Origin: an uncultured Verrucomicrobiae bacterium
Lineage (GTDB): Bacteria > Verrucomicrobiota > Verrucomicrobiia > Palsa-1439
DNA length: 64,000 bases
Assembly: GCA_963817685.1 (NCBI GenBank)
Contig: CAWFPN010000022.1
Coordinates: 40,197 to 104,196, forward strand
Reading direction: 5' to 3'
A program made the position numbers and the translations under genes. The notes under the pieces were generated by a model, which was given only the letters and a program-made list of their open reading frames with translations, had not been told where the DNA came from and did no database searches. Positions 21,311 to 34,931 of the stretch are shown here, piece after piece; position 1 is the first letter of the stretch, and each line of letters starts with the position of its first letter.

Positions 21311-21595
21311 CTAGGCCGATTTCTTGCGGTAGGGCGAACTCAGGTTGAAATAGATCCCGCACAACGGCCGCGCGTTCTCGTGTTCGCTGAGCATGATCGT
21401 CACGTGCCGGTCCAGCGCGATGCCGTGGCGCAACCCCGGCGCGCGCGTCTCAAAGGCGTTGATCGCCTTGGTCATCAGCGACTGCAGGCTCTTCTGGAAA
21501 TCCTCCGGCGTCTTCTCGATGCAGACGATGAACTTCTCATAAGCCCGCGCCGCCGCCGCGATTTCCTCTTCGAATTCTTCCACCTGTAAAATCAT
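21311..21595 (-). CDS. Hypothetical protein
   Basis: MILQVEEFEEEI...RPLCGIYFNLSSPY; preceded by TTGCAG-17-CATAAT. Confidence 0.7.
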   Translation of the reverse strand: MILQVEEFEEEIAAAARAYEKFIVCIEKTPEDFQKSLQSLMTKAINAFETRAPGLRHGIALDRHVTIMLSEHENARPLCGIYFNLSSPYRKKSA

Positions 21596-21858
21596 AGCCC
21601 GCCCATTATGAAGCAACCCGCCGCAACCTGCAAGCAGATGGCCTTCAGCTTGAGCACGGAGGACAGGAAGTGATTTTTCACGGATGGCGTGGAAGCCATC
21701 GGTTTATCCAATTCGTCTCCCGCACTGGCGGAGTGGGTGGAAATGTGCGATGGTACCGGCCAGCAGGATATATGCTGCGGGCATAAGTTTGGGGGCCGGT
21801 AGAGATGACGTGCGGCCCTTGAAATGTTCTTTGACAGAGCGAGGGCGCACGGCACGAC

Positions 21859-21953
21859 AGAGATCCCTCGACAGGCTCGGGATGACAGCGTCGAAGGCGG
21901 CGGGCGCAACGTCGCACAATCCGGGTCAATACGACCTAATACGGCCTTAAATT
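21859..21953 (+). repeat. Half TGTC-type REP arm followed by a partial copy of the 10-bp-period element
   Basis: AGAGATCCCTCGACAGGCTCGGGATGACAG; AATCCGGGTC AATACGACCT AATACGGCCT TAAATT (21918-21953). Confidence 0.75.
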
Positions 21954-22066
21954 GTGTTTGAAGGGCTGGAAGTGGTCAAAAATAGCCAGTCGAGGCGGAT
22001 CCGGAGGCCCGTCAGGTGGCCGGGTCTATATATGATGGCACTGTCGGCGTCGGTGTGGAGCGCGGT

Positions 22067-22450
22067 TTACCAGGGCGCGATGGTGTCGTCGGGGGCGAAG
22101 ACCTGGGGGAACATGCGTTTGAGTTGGGCGTTGTTGAACCGGTCGAAACCGAGGCAGCCTTCGTGGTCGAGGGCCTTGGCGTCGCAGGTGGTGGTGACGT
22201 GGTTGACGAGCTGGCGCGCGCCGTCCCAGGCGGTGATCAGCTTGAGAAATTCCTCGCGGGGAGTGTCCTGGGGCATTTTTTTGGCCAGCCAGGGGTAGAG
22301 ATTGCGCAATTGGTCCATTGTCCAGCGGTCGTAGCCGTGGCAAAAGACACCAAGGCGGGCGGCGGCCTGGCAGGTCGTCTCATCTTCGTGCGTGTTGGCC
22401 ACAAGATATTCGCGGATGCGTTGGAGCGCTTCAGTGCGGCTGTAGTTCAT
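22067..22450 (-). CDS. Hypothetical Cys/His-containing protein, last gene of the hyp-PFOR operon
   Basis: MNYSRTEAL..TTCQAAARLGVFCHGY..TTCD..HEGCLGFD; GAGG RBS; 5 bp from the upstream gene. Confidence 0.75.
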   Translation of the reverse strand: MNYSRTEALQRIREYLVANTHEDETTCQAAARLGVFCHGYDRWTMDQLRNLYPWLAKKMPQDTPREEFLKLITAWDGARQLVNHVTTTCDAKALDHEGCLGFDRFNNAQLKRMFPQVFAPDDTIAPW

Positions 22451-22455
22451 GGCGG

Positions 22456-23466
22456 TCACCTCGTTTCCTGGGAGGGTTTGTAACTGATGAGGGCGCGCAT
22501 GTATTGGGCGCGCTCGAACGCGGTGGGATTGGGGCAGAGATACTGGCACATGCTGCCCTGCATCTGGCGCACCGATTCGTATTCGTGTTCTTCCATCCAG
22601 CGAATGAGTTCCTGTTCCACCGTGCGCAGATGGGGGATGCCGCGTCGCAACAGGACCGAGCAGAGCATGGTGGCGCTGGCGCCGACCATGAGCATTTTCA
22701 CCACGTCTTCCCCGGTGTGAATGCCGCTGGTCGCCGCGAGATCGGCCTTGATCCGGCCGCAGAGAATGGCGATCCAGCGCAGCGGAATGCGGATTGCCTG
22801 CGGCGTGCTGAGCAGGACCTGGGGTCTGATCTCCAGGTTTTCCAGATCGATGTCGGGTTGATAGAACCGGTTGCAGAGCACCAGGCCGTCGGCGCCCGCG
22901 TTGTCGAGGCGCATGGCCATGTTGGCCAGGTTGCTGAAGAACGGGCTGAGTTTCATGGCGACCGGGATGGAGACGGCCGCCTTGACGGCCTGGAGGATGT
23001 CGATGTAGCGCTGCTCGACTTCCGCGCCGGTGAGGTTCATGTCCGTCGGGATGAAATAGACGTTCAGCTCCAGCGCGTCGGCTCCGGCCTGCTGCATCTG
23101 TTTGGCGAAATCGATCCAGCCGCCGGGCGACGAGCCGTTGAGACTGGCCACCACGGGGATGCCGACGGCGGCTTTCGCCTTGCGGATATGCTCGAGGTAC
23201 TCCTCCGGTCCCAGCGTAAACTCGCGCGGCTCGGGAAAGTAGGAAAGCGATTCCGGGAAACTGTCCGTGCCGGCGGTGAGATGGTGGTCCAACTCGTAGC
23301 GTTCGAGGCTCAACTGTTCTTCGAACAACGAGTACAGCACCACCGCGCCGGCGCCCGCGTCTTCCATCGCCCGGATCTTGTCGAGTTCGTCGGACAACGG
23401 CTGGCAGGCCGAGACCACCAGGGGCGTCTTGAGTTTCAAACCCATGTATTCAGTTTTCAGGTCCAT
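22456..23466 (-). CDS. Dihydroorotate dehydrogenase-like FMN protein (PFOR-associated)
   Basis: DLKTEYMGLKLKTP, GAVVLYSLFEEQ, ASLNG, KLSPFF, NRFYQPDID. Confidence 0.9.
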   Translation of the reverse strand: MDLKTEYMGLKLKTPLVVSACQPLSDELDKIRAMEDAGAGAVVLYSLFEEQLSLERYELDHHLTAGTDSFPESLSYFPEPREFTLGPEEYLEHIRKAKAAVGIPVVASLNGSSPGGWIDFAKQMQQAGADALELNVYFIPTDMNLTGAEVEQRYIDILQAVKAAVSIPVAMKLSPFFSNLANMAMRLDNAGADGLVLCNRFYQPDIDLENLEIRPQVLLSTPQAIRIPLRWIAILCGRIKADLAATSGIHTGEDVVKMLMVGASATMLCSVLLRRGIPHLRTVEQELIRWMEEHEYESVRQMQGSMCQYLCPNPTAFERAQYMRALISYKPSQETR

Positions 23467-23486
23467 AATTGGTGTCTCCTTGCTGC

Positions 23487-27082
<3,596 letters not shown>

Positions 27083-28093
27083 CTAACAAATCCGCGGCAG
27101 GTCTTCCCCCGTGGGCACGTCGATGATGCGTTCACCGCCGATGGTCGTGCGCAACAGGGCCATGCCCTTCGGTCCGGCCAATACCTGGCCGATGATGCGC
27201 GCGTTGGTCCCCAGCGGATGAGTTTTCATGGCGGCCAGGACCGTTTCAGCGTCCTCCGCCCGGCAGAACGCGATGCACTTGCCTTCGTTGGCAATCGTCA
27301 AGGGGTCGAGCCCCAGCAAATCACACGCCCCGCGCACTTCGCGGCCCACCGGCAGGGCGATTTCGTCGAGACGGATCCCGGCGCCGGCGGCTTCGGCGAT
27401 GTCGCAGACAGCGCCCGCCAGGCCGCCCCGGGTCAAATCACGCATGGCATGGATCTCGGCGCCCGTGTCCAGAATGGTTTTCACCAGCGGCCACAACGGC
27501 GCGCAATCGCTGACCACGCTGCACGAAAACGCGATGCCTTCGCGCCGGCTCATCACGGCCACGCCGTGTTCCCCGAGAAATCCGTTCAGCAGCACCGCAT
27601 CGCCAGGTCTCACCGCGGCCGCGCCCCACCGGTCCGGCGCCAGGATGCGGCCGATGCCGGCGGTGTTGATGTACAGTCCTTCGCACTTGCCGCGTTCGAC
27701 GACTTTGGTGTCGCCGGTGACGATCTCCACACCCGCCGCGCGGGCGGCCTGGCCGATGGAAGCGACGATGGTTTTCAGGTCCTCCAGCGGCAGGCCTTCT
27801 TCGAGGATGAACCCCAGGCTCAACCAGCACGGTTGCGCGCCTTGCATGGCCAGGTCGTTGATCGTGCCGCAGACGGCCAGTTTGCCGATGTCGCCGCCGG
27901 GGAAGAAATAGGGGTGCACCACGTAGCTGTCGGTGGTGAACGCGCAGTTGTTACCGTTGATCGCCAGCACCGCGCTGTCCTCGAGCGGTTTCAACTCGGG
28001 ATTGTCCAGCGCGGGCAGGAACAGCGAGGTGATCAGCTCGCGGGTCAGCGAACCGCCGCCGCCGTGGGCCAGCAAAATGCGGTCGCGCCTCAT
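27083..28093 (-). CDS. hypE: Hydrogenase maturation protein HypE
   Basis: LAHGGGG, TTDSYVV, GDTKVVE, C-terminal LPRIC. Confidence 0.97.
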   Translation of the reverse strand: MRRDRILLAHGGGGSLTRELITSLFLPALDNPELKPLEDSAVLAINGNNCAFTTDSYVVHPYFFPGGDIGKLAVCGTINDLAMQGAQPCWLSLGFILEEGLPLEDLKTIVASIGQAARAAGVEIVTGDTKVVERGKCEGLYINTAGIGRILAPDRWGAAAVRPGDAVLLNGFLGEHGVAVMSRREGIAFSCSVVSDCAPLWPLVKTILDTGAEIHAMRDLTRGGLAGAVCDIAEAAGAGIRLDEIALPVGREVRGACDLLGLDPLTIANEGKCIAFCRAEDAETVLAAMKTHPLGTNARIIGQVLAGPKGMALLRTTIGGERIIDVPTGEDLPRIC

Positions 28094-29157
28094 GCCGCGG
28101 CCCTCTTTTCATATTTGTACCAGGCGGCGCAGACGCCTTCGCTGGACACCATGCACGGCCCGACCGGATGGGCCGGTGAACAGGCGCGTCCGAACAAGCG
28201 GCATTCCAGCGGCGTCAACACCCCTCGCAACACATCGCCGCACCGGCACCCGGCGGGGACATGCGCTTCACTGAACGGCACACCCAGTCTCCGCGCGGCG
28301 TCGAAGCGCGCGTATTTCGGGCGAATGCTCAGCCCGCTTTGCGCGATGGCGCCCATGCCGCGCCAGCTCGTGTCGCACGGCTCGAACACATCGCGCAACA
28401 GCCGTTGCGCGGCGGGATTGCCCTGTTCGGTGACGGACCGGCTGTATTCCACCTCCACCACGGCGCGGCCATCCAGCCGCTGCTGGAGCAATAGCGAAAT
28501 CGCCTTCAGGATGTCCCAGGCCTCAAACCCGGTGACCACACAGGGAATCTGATAGCGCTCGCAGATGAACCGGTACATCGCCGCGCCCGTGATCACGCTG
28601 ACATGGCCGGGACAGATGAATCCATCGATCCGGGTGGTCTGGTCCTTGAGCAACGCCTCCATCGCCTGCGGCATCGTCTTGTGCGCGCAGAGCACTGAGA
28701 AATTATTGAGGCCGTCCCGCGCCGCGCTGACGATGCTCCAGGCCACGGCCGGCGCGGTGGTTTCGAAGCCGATCCCGAGAAAAACGACCGTCTTGCCGGG
28801 GCATTCCCGCGCCAGCACCAGCGCATCGGTGGGCGAGTACACGATGCGCACATTGGCGCCCGCCGCCCGTTCCTGTTCCAGCGAGGATTCGCTGCCCGGC
28901 ACCCGCAACAGGTCGCCGAACGTGGCGACGATCACGTCCGGCCGGCGGCAGAGCCCGATCGCCGCGTCGATGTAGTTGGTGTCGGTGACGCAGACGGGAC
29001 AACCGGGGCCGGAGATCAATTTCACGTTGGCCGGCAGCAACTGGCGCAGCCCCGTGCGAAAGGCCACCATCGTGTGCGTGCCGCAGACTTCCATGAACCG
29101 TACTTCGCGATGGAGGCGGCCCGCCAGTTCGTCGATGGTTTGGACAAGGGTCTTCAT
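28090..29157 (-). CDS. hypD: Hydrogenase maturation protein HypD
   Basis: MEVCGTHT, GPGCPVCVT, GFETTAP, PGHVS, GPCMVSSEGVC. Confidence 0.97.
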   Translation of the reverse strand: MKTLVQTIDELAGRLHREVRFMEVCGTHTMVAFRTGLRQLLPANVKLISGPGCPVCVTDTNYIDAAIGLCRRPDVIVATFGDLLRVPGSESSLEQERAAGANVRIVYSPTDALVLARECPGKTVVFLGIGFETTAPAVAWSIVSAARDGLNNFSVLCAHKTMPQAMEALLKDQTTRIDGFICPGHVSVITGAAMYRFICERYQIPCVVTGFEAWDILKAISLLLQQRLDGRAVVEVEYSRSVTEQGNPAAQRLLRDVFEPCDTSWRGMGAIAQSGLSIRPKYARFDAARRLGVPFSEAHVPAGCRCGDVLRGVLTPLECRLFGRACSPAHPVGPCMVSSEGVCAAWYKYEKRAAA

Positions 29158-29381
29158 GCCAGCGCCTCGCGCAGGTCTGTTGCCGCCCGGATTGCTTCCA
29201 GTTCGTCGACTTCGCTCTGGTCCCATTTGTGGATGGCGAACCCGGCGTGCACCAGCACGTGGTCGCCCAGACGCGGCTCGTCAACGAGCGACACGTCCAC
29301 GTCGCGCAACGCGCCGTCGACGGAGATCGTCGCCTTCGTCCCGTTCAGCTCCACGATCTTTGCTGGCACGGCTAGGCACAT
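29154..29381 (-). CDS. hypC: Hydrogenase chaperone HypC
   Basis: MCLAVPAKIV...VLVHAGFAI. Confidence 0.95.
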   Translation of the reverse strand: MCLAVPAKIVELNGTKATISVDGALRDVDVSLVDEPRLGDHVLVHAGFAIHKWDQSEVDELEAIRAATDLREALA

Positions 29382-31672
29382 GCTTCGACCTCGTTGGTTG
29401 AGCAACCGGTTTTCTCCCGATTGAGTCTGGCCGCCGCCACCGCTGCCTGGCCCAGGGCCAGCCCGCCGTCGTTGGGCGGGACGAGATTGTTGGTGTAGAC
29501 GGTGAAATAGTGCGTCTGTAACGCCTCGATCGTGCGGCGCAACAGCAGGGCGTTCTGGAACACGCCGCCCGATAACGCCACGGAATTCAGGTCGTGCCGG
29601 CCGCGCAACAGGCGGCAGGTTTGCACCACCGCCGCCACGATGGTGTTGTGAAATCTCGCGGAAATGACACTCAGGCCGATGCCTTGTTCGCGCTCCTCGA
29701 TCAGGGCGCGGACCGTCAGGCCGAAATCCAGCGTCCACGGCGCCGCCTGCGTTTTGACCTCGAACGGATACCGCCCGGTCTCGCGGGGATCGGCGATGGA
29801 TTCCAGCCGGATGGCGGGCTGGGCTTCGTAGGTGGCCGTGCGGCACAGGCCGAGCAGGACGGCGACGGCGTCGAACAATCGTCCTGCGCCCGAGGTGAGC
29901 GGCGCGTTGAATTGGGCCGTGATCATTTTCTGGATTTCGCCGAGGGCTTCCGGGGCGAACTGTTCTTCGGTGGACAGGTCGATCCCTTCTGTTAACAGGA
30001 TGCCGGCGGCCATGCGCCAGGGCTGCGCGACCGCCTGGTCGCCGCCGGGTTGCGGATAGGCCTTGAAATGCGCCGCGCGCTTGAACCCGAGGCGGTCGGC
30101 GATGAGGAATTCGCCGCCCCAGATCGTGCCGTCGCCGCCGTACCCCGTGCCGTCCAGCGCGACGCCGATGAGCGGCTCGTGCAAATCGTGTTCGGCCATC
30201 ACGCTGGCGATGTGGGCGTGATGGTGTTGGACGCCGATCTTGCGCGGGATGGAAAGTTTTTGGGCGAATTTGGTTGAGAGATACGCGGGATGCAGGTCGC
30301 AGGCCACGGCTTCGGGTCCGATCCGCATCAGGGCTTCCCAGGTGGCGATTTCGCGCGTGAAGAAATCATACGTCTTGAAACTCCTCAGATCGCCGATGTG
30401 CTGGGAGAGAAACGCGCTGCCGTCGCGCACGAGGCAGAACGTGTTTTTCAATTCGCCGCCCACGGCCAGGATCGGCGGTGAATGCGCGGCGATGCGGACG
30501 GGATGAGGCGCGAACCCGCGCGCCCGGCGCATGAATTGGCGCTGGCCGTTGACCACGCGCAGGACGGAGTCATCACACTTGTGCGCGATGGGACGATTGT
30601 GGGTGAGGGCCGCATCGGCGACGCCGCCGAGAATGGCCGGCAATTCCTGTTCGTCGCTGATGATTGGTTCGTCGGCGAAATTGCCGCTGGTCATCACCAG
30701 CGCGTCGAACCCCTGCAGCAACAGGTGATGCAGGGGAGTGTACGGCAGGAAAGCGCCCACGGCGCCGGTGTCGGGCGAGAGCGATGCCGCCAGTTCGGTC
30801 CGTTCGCTCACGAATGCGCGCTGGAGCAACACGATGGGCCGCGCGGCGGACTGCAATTCGGCTTCCTCGACTTCATTGGCTTTGCAAAAGTTTTTCAACG
30901 CCGCCAGATTGCGAAACATCACCGCCAGCGGTTTGTGGGGGCGATGTTTGCGCCGGCGCAGCAGCGCGACGGCCGCGTCGTTGGTCGCGTCGCAGGCGAG
31001 TTGATAACCGCCCAGGCCCTTGATCGCCACGATCTTGCCCCGGTGCAGCAGGTCCTGCGCTTTGACGATCGGGTCGGCCACCGCGAGGACCCCAGCCGGC
31101 GTGCGCAGTTCCACGCGCGGGCCGCAGTCGGGGCAGGCGTTGGGTTGCGCGTGAAACCGGCGGTCGCCGGGATCGCGGTATTCGCGGTCGCACGGCTCGC
31201 AGAGGGTGAATTCGGCCATCGAGGTCTTGTCGCGGTCGTAGGGCAGGGCGCGGACGATGGTGAACCGCGGGCCGCAGTTGGTGCAGTTGATAAAGGGATA
31301 ACCGAACCGATGGTCACGCGGATCGGCCAGCTCGCGCAGACAATCGTCGCAGGTCGCCAGGTCAGGGGAAATCAGCGTGGCCGCCTCGCCGTCGTTTTCC
31401 GAGCCGACGACGTCGAACTGCTGGCAGCCCGTTGCTTCCAGCACCTCGGTCTGGATGTCGACGATGATCGCGTGCCGGGGCGGTTCGTTGGTGAGATGAT
31501 TGAAAAACGCCCCGATCTTCAACTCGTCGCCCTCGACTTCGAGCGTGACGCCCTGGGGGTCGTTGCGGACGAACCCGCCCAGCCCGAACGCCGTGGCGTA
31601 CCGATAGACGGTCGGACGAAAGCCGACGCCCTGCACGCGGCCGGTGATCCTGGCTCTCCAGCGGGTTTTCAT
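29372..31672 (-). CDS. hypF: Carbamoyltransferase HypF
   Basis: GRVQGVGFRP, CDDC, CTNCGPR, RRFHAQPNACPDCGP, QHHHAH, PPNDGGLALGQ. Confidence 0.97.
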   Translation of the reverse strand: MKTRWRARITGRVQGVGFRPTVYRYATAFGLGGFVRNDPQGVTLEVEGDELKIGAFFNHLTNEPPRHAIIVDIQTEVLEATGCQQFDVVGSENDGEAATLISPDLATCDDCLRELADPRDHRFGYPFINCTNCGPRFTIVRALPYDRDKTSMAEFTLCEPCDREYRDPGDRRFHAQPNACPDCGPRVELRTPAGVLAVADPIVKAQDLLHRGKIVAIKGLGGYQLACDATNDAAVALLRRRKHRPHKPLAVMFRNLAALKNFCKANEVEEAELQSAARPIVLLQRAFVSERTELAASLSPDTGAVGAFLPYTPLHHLLLQGFDALVMTSGNFADEPIISDEQELPAILGGVADAALTHNRPIAHKCDDSVLRVVNGQRQFMRRARGFAPHPVRIAAHSPPILAVGGELKNTFCLVRDGSAFLSQHIGDLRSFKTYDFFTREIATWEALMRIGPEAVACDLHPAYLSTKFAQKLSIPRKIGVQHHHAHIASVMAEHDLHEPLIGVALDGTGYGGDGTIWGGEFLIADRLGFKRAAHFKAYPQPGGDQAVAQPWRMAAGILLTEGIDLSTEEQFAPEALGEIQKMITAQFNAPLTSGAGRLFDAVAVLLGLCRTATYEAQPAIRLESIADPRETGRYPFEVKTQAAPWTLDFGLTVRALIEEREQGIGLSVISARFHNTIVAAVVQTCRLLRGRHDLNSVALSGGVFQNALLLRRTIEALQTHYFTVYTNNLVPPNDGGLALGQAAVAAARLNREKTGCSTNEVEACA

Positions 31673-32421
31673 CCGAGGGTCACCTCGTTGTGATGATGGC
31701 GATGGGGATGTTGGTGGGGCTGGATGATGGCGCTGAGGCCGGAGGCATCGTGCGTGTGCGGCTCGAAATGCGTCTCGCCGCGGACCACGTGCTCCAGCCA
31801 GTGCGTCCATTGCCCGAGGCCGGCGCCGGACTTGCAGGAGACTTGCAACACGGGCGCGCTGGCGTTGAGTTGGCGGAAATCGCGGAGGAACAGATCAAAG
31901 TCGAAATCGGTATACGGCAGCAGATCGATTTTGTTGAGCACGAGGGCGCTGATTTCGTGAAAGAGCAGCGGATATTTGGCCGGCTTGTCGTGTCCTTCCG
32001 TGACACTGAGGACGCCGACCTTGGCCGTCTCACCCAGATCGAACTCGGCGGGGCAGGCGATGTTGCCAACGTTCTCGATGAACAGCAGGTCGAGCGCGTC
32101 CAGATCGAGTTCACCGATCCCGCGCTGCACCAGCGGCGCTTCCAGATGACATGCGCCGCCCGTGAGCAGTTGGACGACGGGGACGCCGAGTTTCTCGATG
32201 CGTTCGCCATCGCGGGTGGTGGCGATGTCGCCTTCCAGCACCGCGATCCGGAACTGTTCGCGCAACGCCGGGATCGTCTGTTCCAGCAGAGAGGTTTTGC
32301 CGGCGCCGGGGGCGCTGATCACGTTGATGGCGGTCACGTGTTTGGCCAAAAGCTGTTGCCGGATACGCGAGGCAAGCTGATCGTTTGCCTCCATGACATT
32401 ACGCAGGATTTTGATGTTCAT
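31669..32421 (-). CDS. hypB: Nickel-insertion GTPase HypB with C-terminal His-rich tail
   Basis: PGAGKTSLLE, GGACHL, ENVGNIACPAEFDLGE, KPAKYP, NKIDL. Confidence 0.96.
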   Translation of the reverse strand: MNIKILRNVMEANDQLASRIRQQLLAKHVTAINVISAPGAGKTSLLEQTIPALREQFRIAVLEGDIATTRDGERIEKLGVPVVQLLTGGACHLEAPLVQRGIGELDLDALDLLFIENVGNIACPAEFDLGETAKVGVLSVTEGHDKPAKYPLLFHEISALVLNKIDLLPYTDFDFDLFLRDFRQLNASAPVLQVSCKSGAGLGQWTHWLEHVVRGETHFEPHTHDASGLSAIIQPHQHPHRHHHNEVTLG

Positions 32422-32441
32422 ACAACCTCGCCCCTAGACTT

Positions 32442-32457
32442 AGCACTGCCGATGCCA
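32442..32457 (-). promoter_or_regulatory. sigma54 (-24/-12) promoter of the hypB-F-C-D-E-nifJ operon
   Basis: Minus strand reads TGGCATC-GGCA-GTGCT (GG-N10-GC), ending 20 bp upstream of hypB. Confidence 0.75.
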
Positions 32458-32537
32458 CGGCGGTTGACACATTTACAAGTCATTGTGGCTGTGGTTGTTA
32501 CTCGTTTGACTGGTAGGAAGTCGATTGTCTGAGACAA

Positions 32538-32580
32538 CGACATCATGTCACAGCACAATGGGTCACTGGACAAGTTGTCA
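32538..32580. promoter_or_regulatory. Tandem palindromic enhancer (UAS) pair
   Basis: CGACATCATGTCA (32538-50) and GGACAAGTTGTCA (32568-80), 30 bp apart, about 80-125 bp upstream of the sigma54 site. Confidence 0.75.
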
Positions 32581-32637
32581 ATCGGCCTGTTCGGCGGGTT
32601 ATGACGACGTTTTCGCCTCACTTGAGGCGGGGGGAGA

Positions 32638-34050
32638 TTATTTGCGTTTGGCGGCGCCGCTGGCGTAGGCGGCGGCCTCGACGGCGCGGGCGACGCGGCG
32701 GGCGACCTGTTTGTTGAACACGCTGGGAATGATGTATTCCTCGCTCAACTCGTCCGGTGCGATGCAACCGGCGATGGCTTTGGCGGCCGCGAGTTTCATC
32801 GATTCGTTGATGTCGGTCGCGTGCGCATCGAGCGCGCCGCGGAAAATGCCGGGGAAGGCGAGGACGTTGTTGATCTGGTTGGGGTAATCGCTTCGTCCGG
32901 TGGCGATGATCCGCGCATAGGGCTCGGCGTCTTCCGGGGCGATCTCCGGCGTCGGGTTGGCCAGGGCGAACACGATGGGGTCCTTCGCCATTTTTTTCAA
33001 TGCCGCGACGGGAAACACGTCGGGACCGCTGACACCGATAAACAGGTTTGCCCCGCGCGCGGCGTCCAGGATCGACCCGGAACGGTTTTGGGGGTTGGTA
33101 TGTTCGGCCAGCCAGGCTTTGCTGAAATCGAGGTCGGGCAGCCGTTTCCGGCAGACAATCCCTTTGCGGTCGCAACAAATGATGTGGCGGGCGCCGGCGG
33201 ACTGCAGCATTTTCGTGATGGCGACGCCCGCGGCGCCGGCGCCGACGATGAGGATTTTGACGGTGCTGAGTTTCTTTTTGAGGATCTTGAGCGCGTTCAA
33301 TGCGGCGGCCAGCACGACAACGGCGGTGCCGTGCTGGTCGTCGTGGAACACGGGGATGTCCAGTTCCTTTTTCAGCCGTTGTTCGACCTCGAAACAGCGC
33401 GGGGCGCTGATGTCTTCGAGATTGATCCCGCCGAAGCCGGTGGAAATCCATTTTACCGCGGAGATGATCTCCTCGACGTTCTGGGTCTGGAGGCAAATCG
33501 GGTAGGCGTCGATGCCACCGAACTCCTTGAAGAGCATGGCTTTGCCTTCCATGACGGGCATGGCGGCTTCCGGGCCGATATTGCCCAGGCCGAGCACGGC
33601 GGACCCGTCGCTGACGACGGCGACGGAGTTGTGCTTGATGGTCAGGGAGCCGGCTTTGCGTTTGTCTTCGGCGATGGCCAGGCAGACCCGGGCGACACCC
33701 GGCGTGTAGGCCATCGACAGCGTGTCGCGCGTGGTCAGGGGCACTTTGTTTTGGATGCTGATCTTGCCGCCGAGGTGCATCAGGAACACGCGGTCGGAGA
33801 CGTTGAGCACGGTGACGCCGTTGAGGCGTTTCACGGCGTTGACAATCGATTTGGCGTGCGCGTCGTCGCGGGCGCTGACCGTCAGGTCGCGCACTTTGAA
33901 CTCGCGGTCGGCGCGCACCACGTCCACCGCGCCCGGATCGCCTTGCTGGCGCGCGATGACGTGCAGGAGCCGGGCGAACATGCCCGACACATTCTTGATG
34001 CGCAAGCGCATCGTAAAACTATAACTGACGCTCGGCGATTTCTGGCTCAT
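32638..34050 (-). CDS. NAD(P)-dependent malic enzyme with N-terminal ACT domain
   Basis: ACT-like N-terminus; [62 protein letters not shown]. Confidence 0.93.
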   Translation of the reverse strand: MSQKSPSVSYSFTMRLRIKNVSGMFARLLHVIARQQGDPGAVDVVRADREFKVRDLTVSARDDAHAKSIVNAVKRLNGVTVLNVSDRVFLMHLGGKISIQNKVPLTTRDTLSMAYTPGVARVCLAIAEDKRKAGSLTIKHNSVAVVSDGSAVLGLGNIGPEAAMPVMEGKAMLFKEFGGIDAYPICLQTQNVEEIISAVKWISTGFGGINLEDISAPRCFEVEQRLKKELDIPVFHDDQHGTAVVVLAAALNALKILKKKLSTVKILIVGAGAAGVAITKMLQSAGARHIICCDRKGIVCRKRLPDLDFSKAWLAEHTNPQNRSGSILDAARGANLFIGVSGPDVFPVAALKKMAKDPIVFALANPTPEIAPEDAEPYARIIATGRSDYPNQINNVLAFPGIFRGALDAHATDINESMKLAAAKAIAGCIAPDELSEEYIIPSVFNKQVARRVARAVEAAAYASGAAKRK

Positions 34051-34084
34051 GATGCGACCCACCTTGGGGATTCCCCCCGTTCCG

Positions 34085-34459
34085 TCAGCCCGCGCAGGCG
34101 GCTGCCGGCACAGTTGGCGCGGCCAATTCAACAGTCGTCAACTGCAGTTCATCCCCGGAGAGTAGCGCGGCTTTCAGCGAATGGCAACGGGGACATTCAA
34201 ACCAGTTCTGTTCCACGGGAAACACCAGGCGGCAGACGTCGCAGCGGGCGGAGGCGTCGCATTTCTCGATGGCCAGCGTGGAATGTTCCAGCGGCGTTCC
34301 GTTGACCGCCGCGTCATAACAAAACCGCAGCATCTCCGGTTCGATCTGGCGCAGCCGGCCGACGCGCACGCCGACGGTCCGCACTCGCGCGCCGGGATGA
34401 GCGCGCAACTGCTCGTCGACCAACTCGATCAACGCTTCGACGATGGACATCTCATGCAT
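34085..34459 (-). CDS. hypA: Nickel chaperone HypA
   Basis: MHEMSI, CDVC, CPRC. Confidence 0.95.
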   Translation of the reverse strand: MHEMSIVEALIELVDEQLRAHPGARVRTVGVRVGRLRQIEPEMLRFCYDAAVNGTPLEHSTLAIEKCDASARCDVCRLVFPVEQNWFECPRCHSLKAALLSGDELQLTTVELAAPTVPAAACAG

Positions 34460-34931
34460 GGCCGGCCCCGCTGGGGATGTTGCTCCGTGCCTGCAGGGAC
34501 AGAACCAATCGCGTGACTTGCCTGACCACGTCAATGGCCGCCAGTTCCGTGGCGGGCGATAAGGCGGTCCCGAAATTGAAATTCTCCCCGCGAATGCTGA
34601 ACAACGCCGCCCGGGGCAGGCGGTGATACAACGTCTGGCTCAACGCCAGCAGATCGCCGGGCGTGAAATAATGCGTCACCGCATGGCTTTGCAGCGACGG
34701 CGTGACTTCCCGGCGGGTGACGGGTTGCGGACTCTGCGCGGTTGCGGCGTCCACGAACACAATCAGGTCGTAGTGGCTGATGGACTCGGCGAGTTCGACT
34801 TCGAGCTGCTGGGTGATCAGGAACTCGGTGTTGGCCAGGCCTGCCTTCTCCAATTGTTCGACGACAAACCAGCCCGCGCCGTCGTCGGAGCGGCTGCGGT
34901 TCCCATAGCCGATGACGAGCACCTGCTTCAC
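34452..34931 (-). CDS. Hydrogenase maturation protease (HoxW-like)
   Basis: LVIGYGNRSRSDDGAG, VFVDA, conserved His (VTHYF). Confidence 0.9.
   Translation of the reverse strand: MKQVLVIGYGNRSRSDDGAGWFVVEQLEKAGLANTEFLITQQLEVELAESISHYDLIVFVDAATAQSPQPVTRREVTPSLQSHAVTHYFTPGDLLALSQTLYHRLPRAALFSIRGENFNFGTALSPATELAAIDVVRQVTRLVLSLQARSNIPSGAGHA

Noticed and set aside
21592-21950. Short ORFs between the hypothetical gene and the operon end
   Set aside because: They overlap promoter and repeat sequences and have no coding signature.
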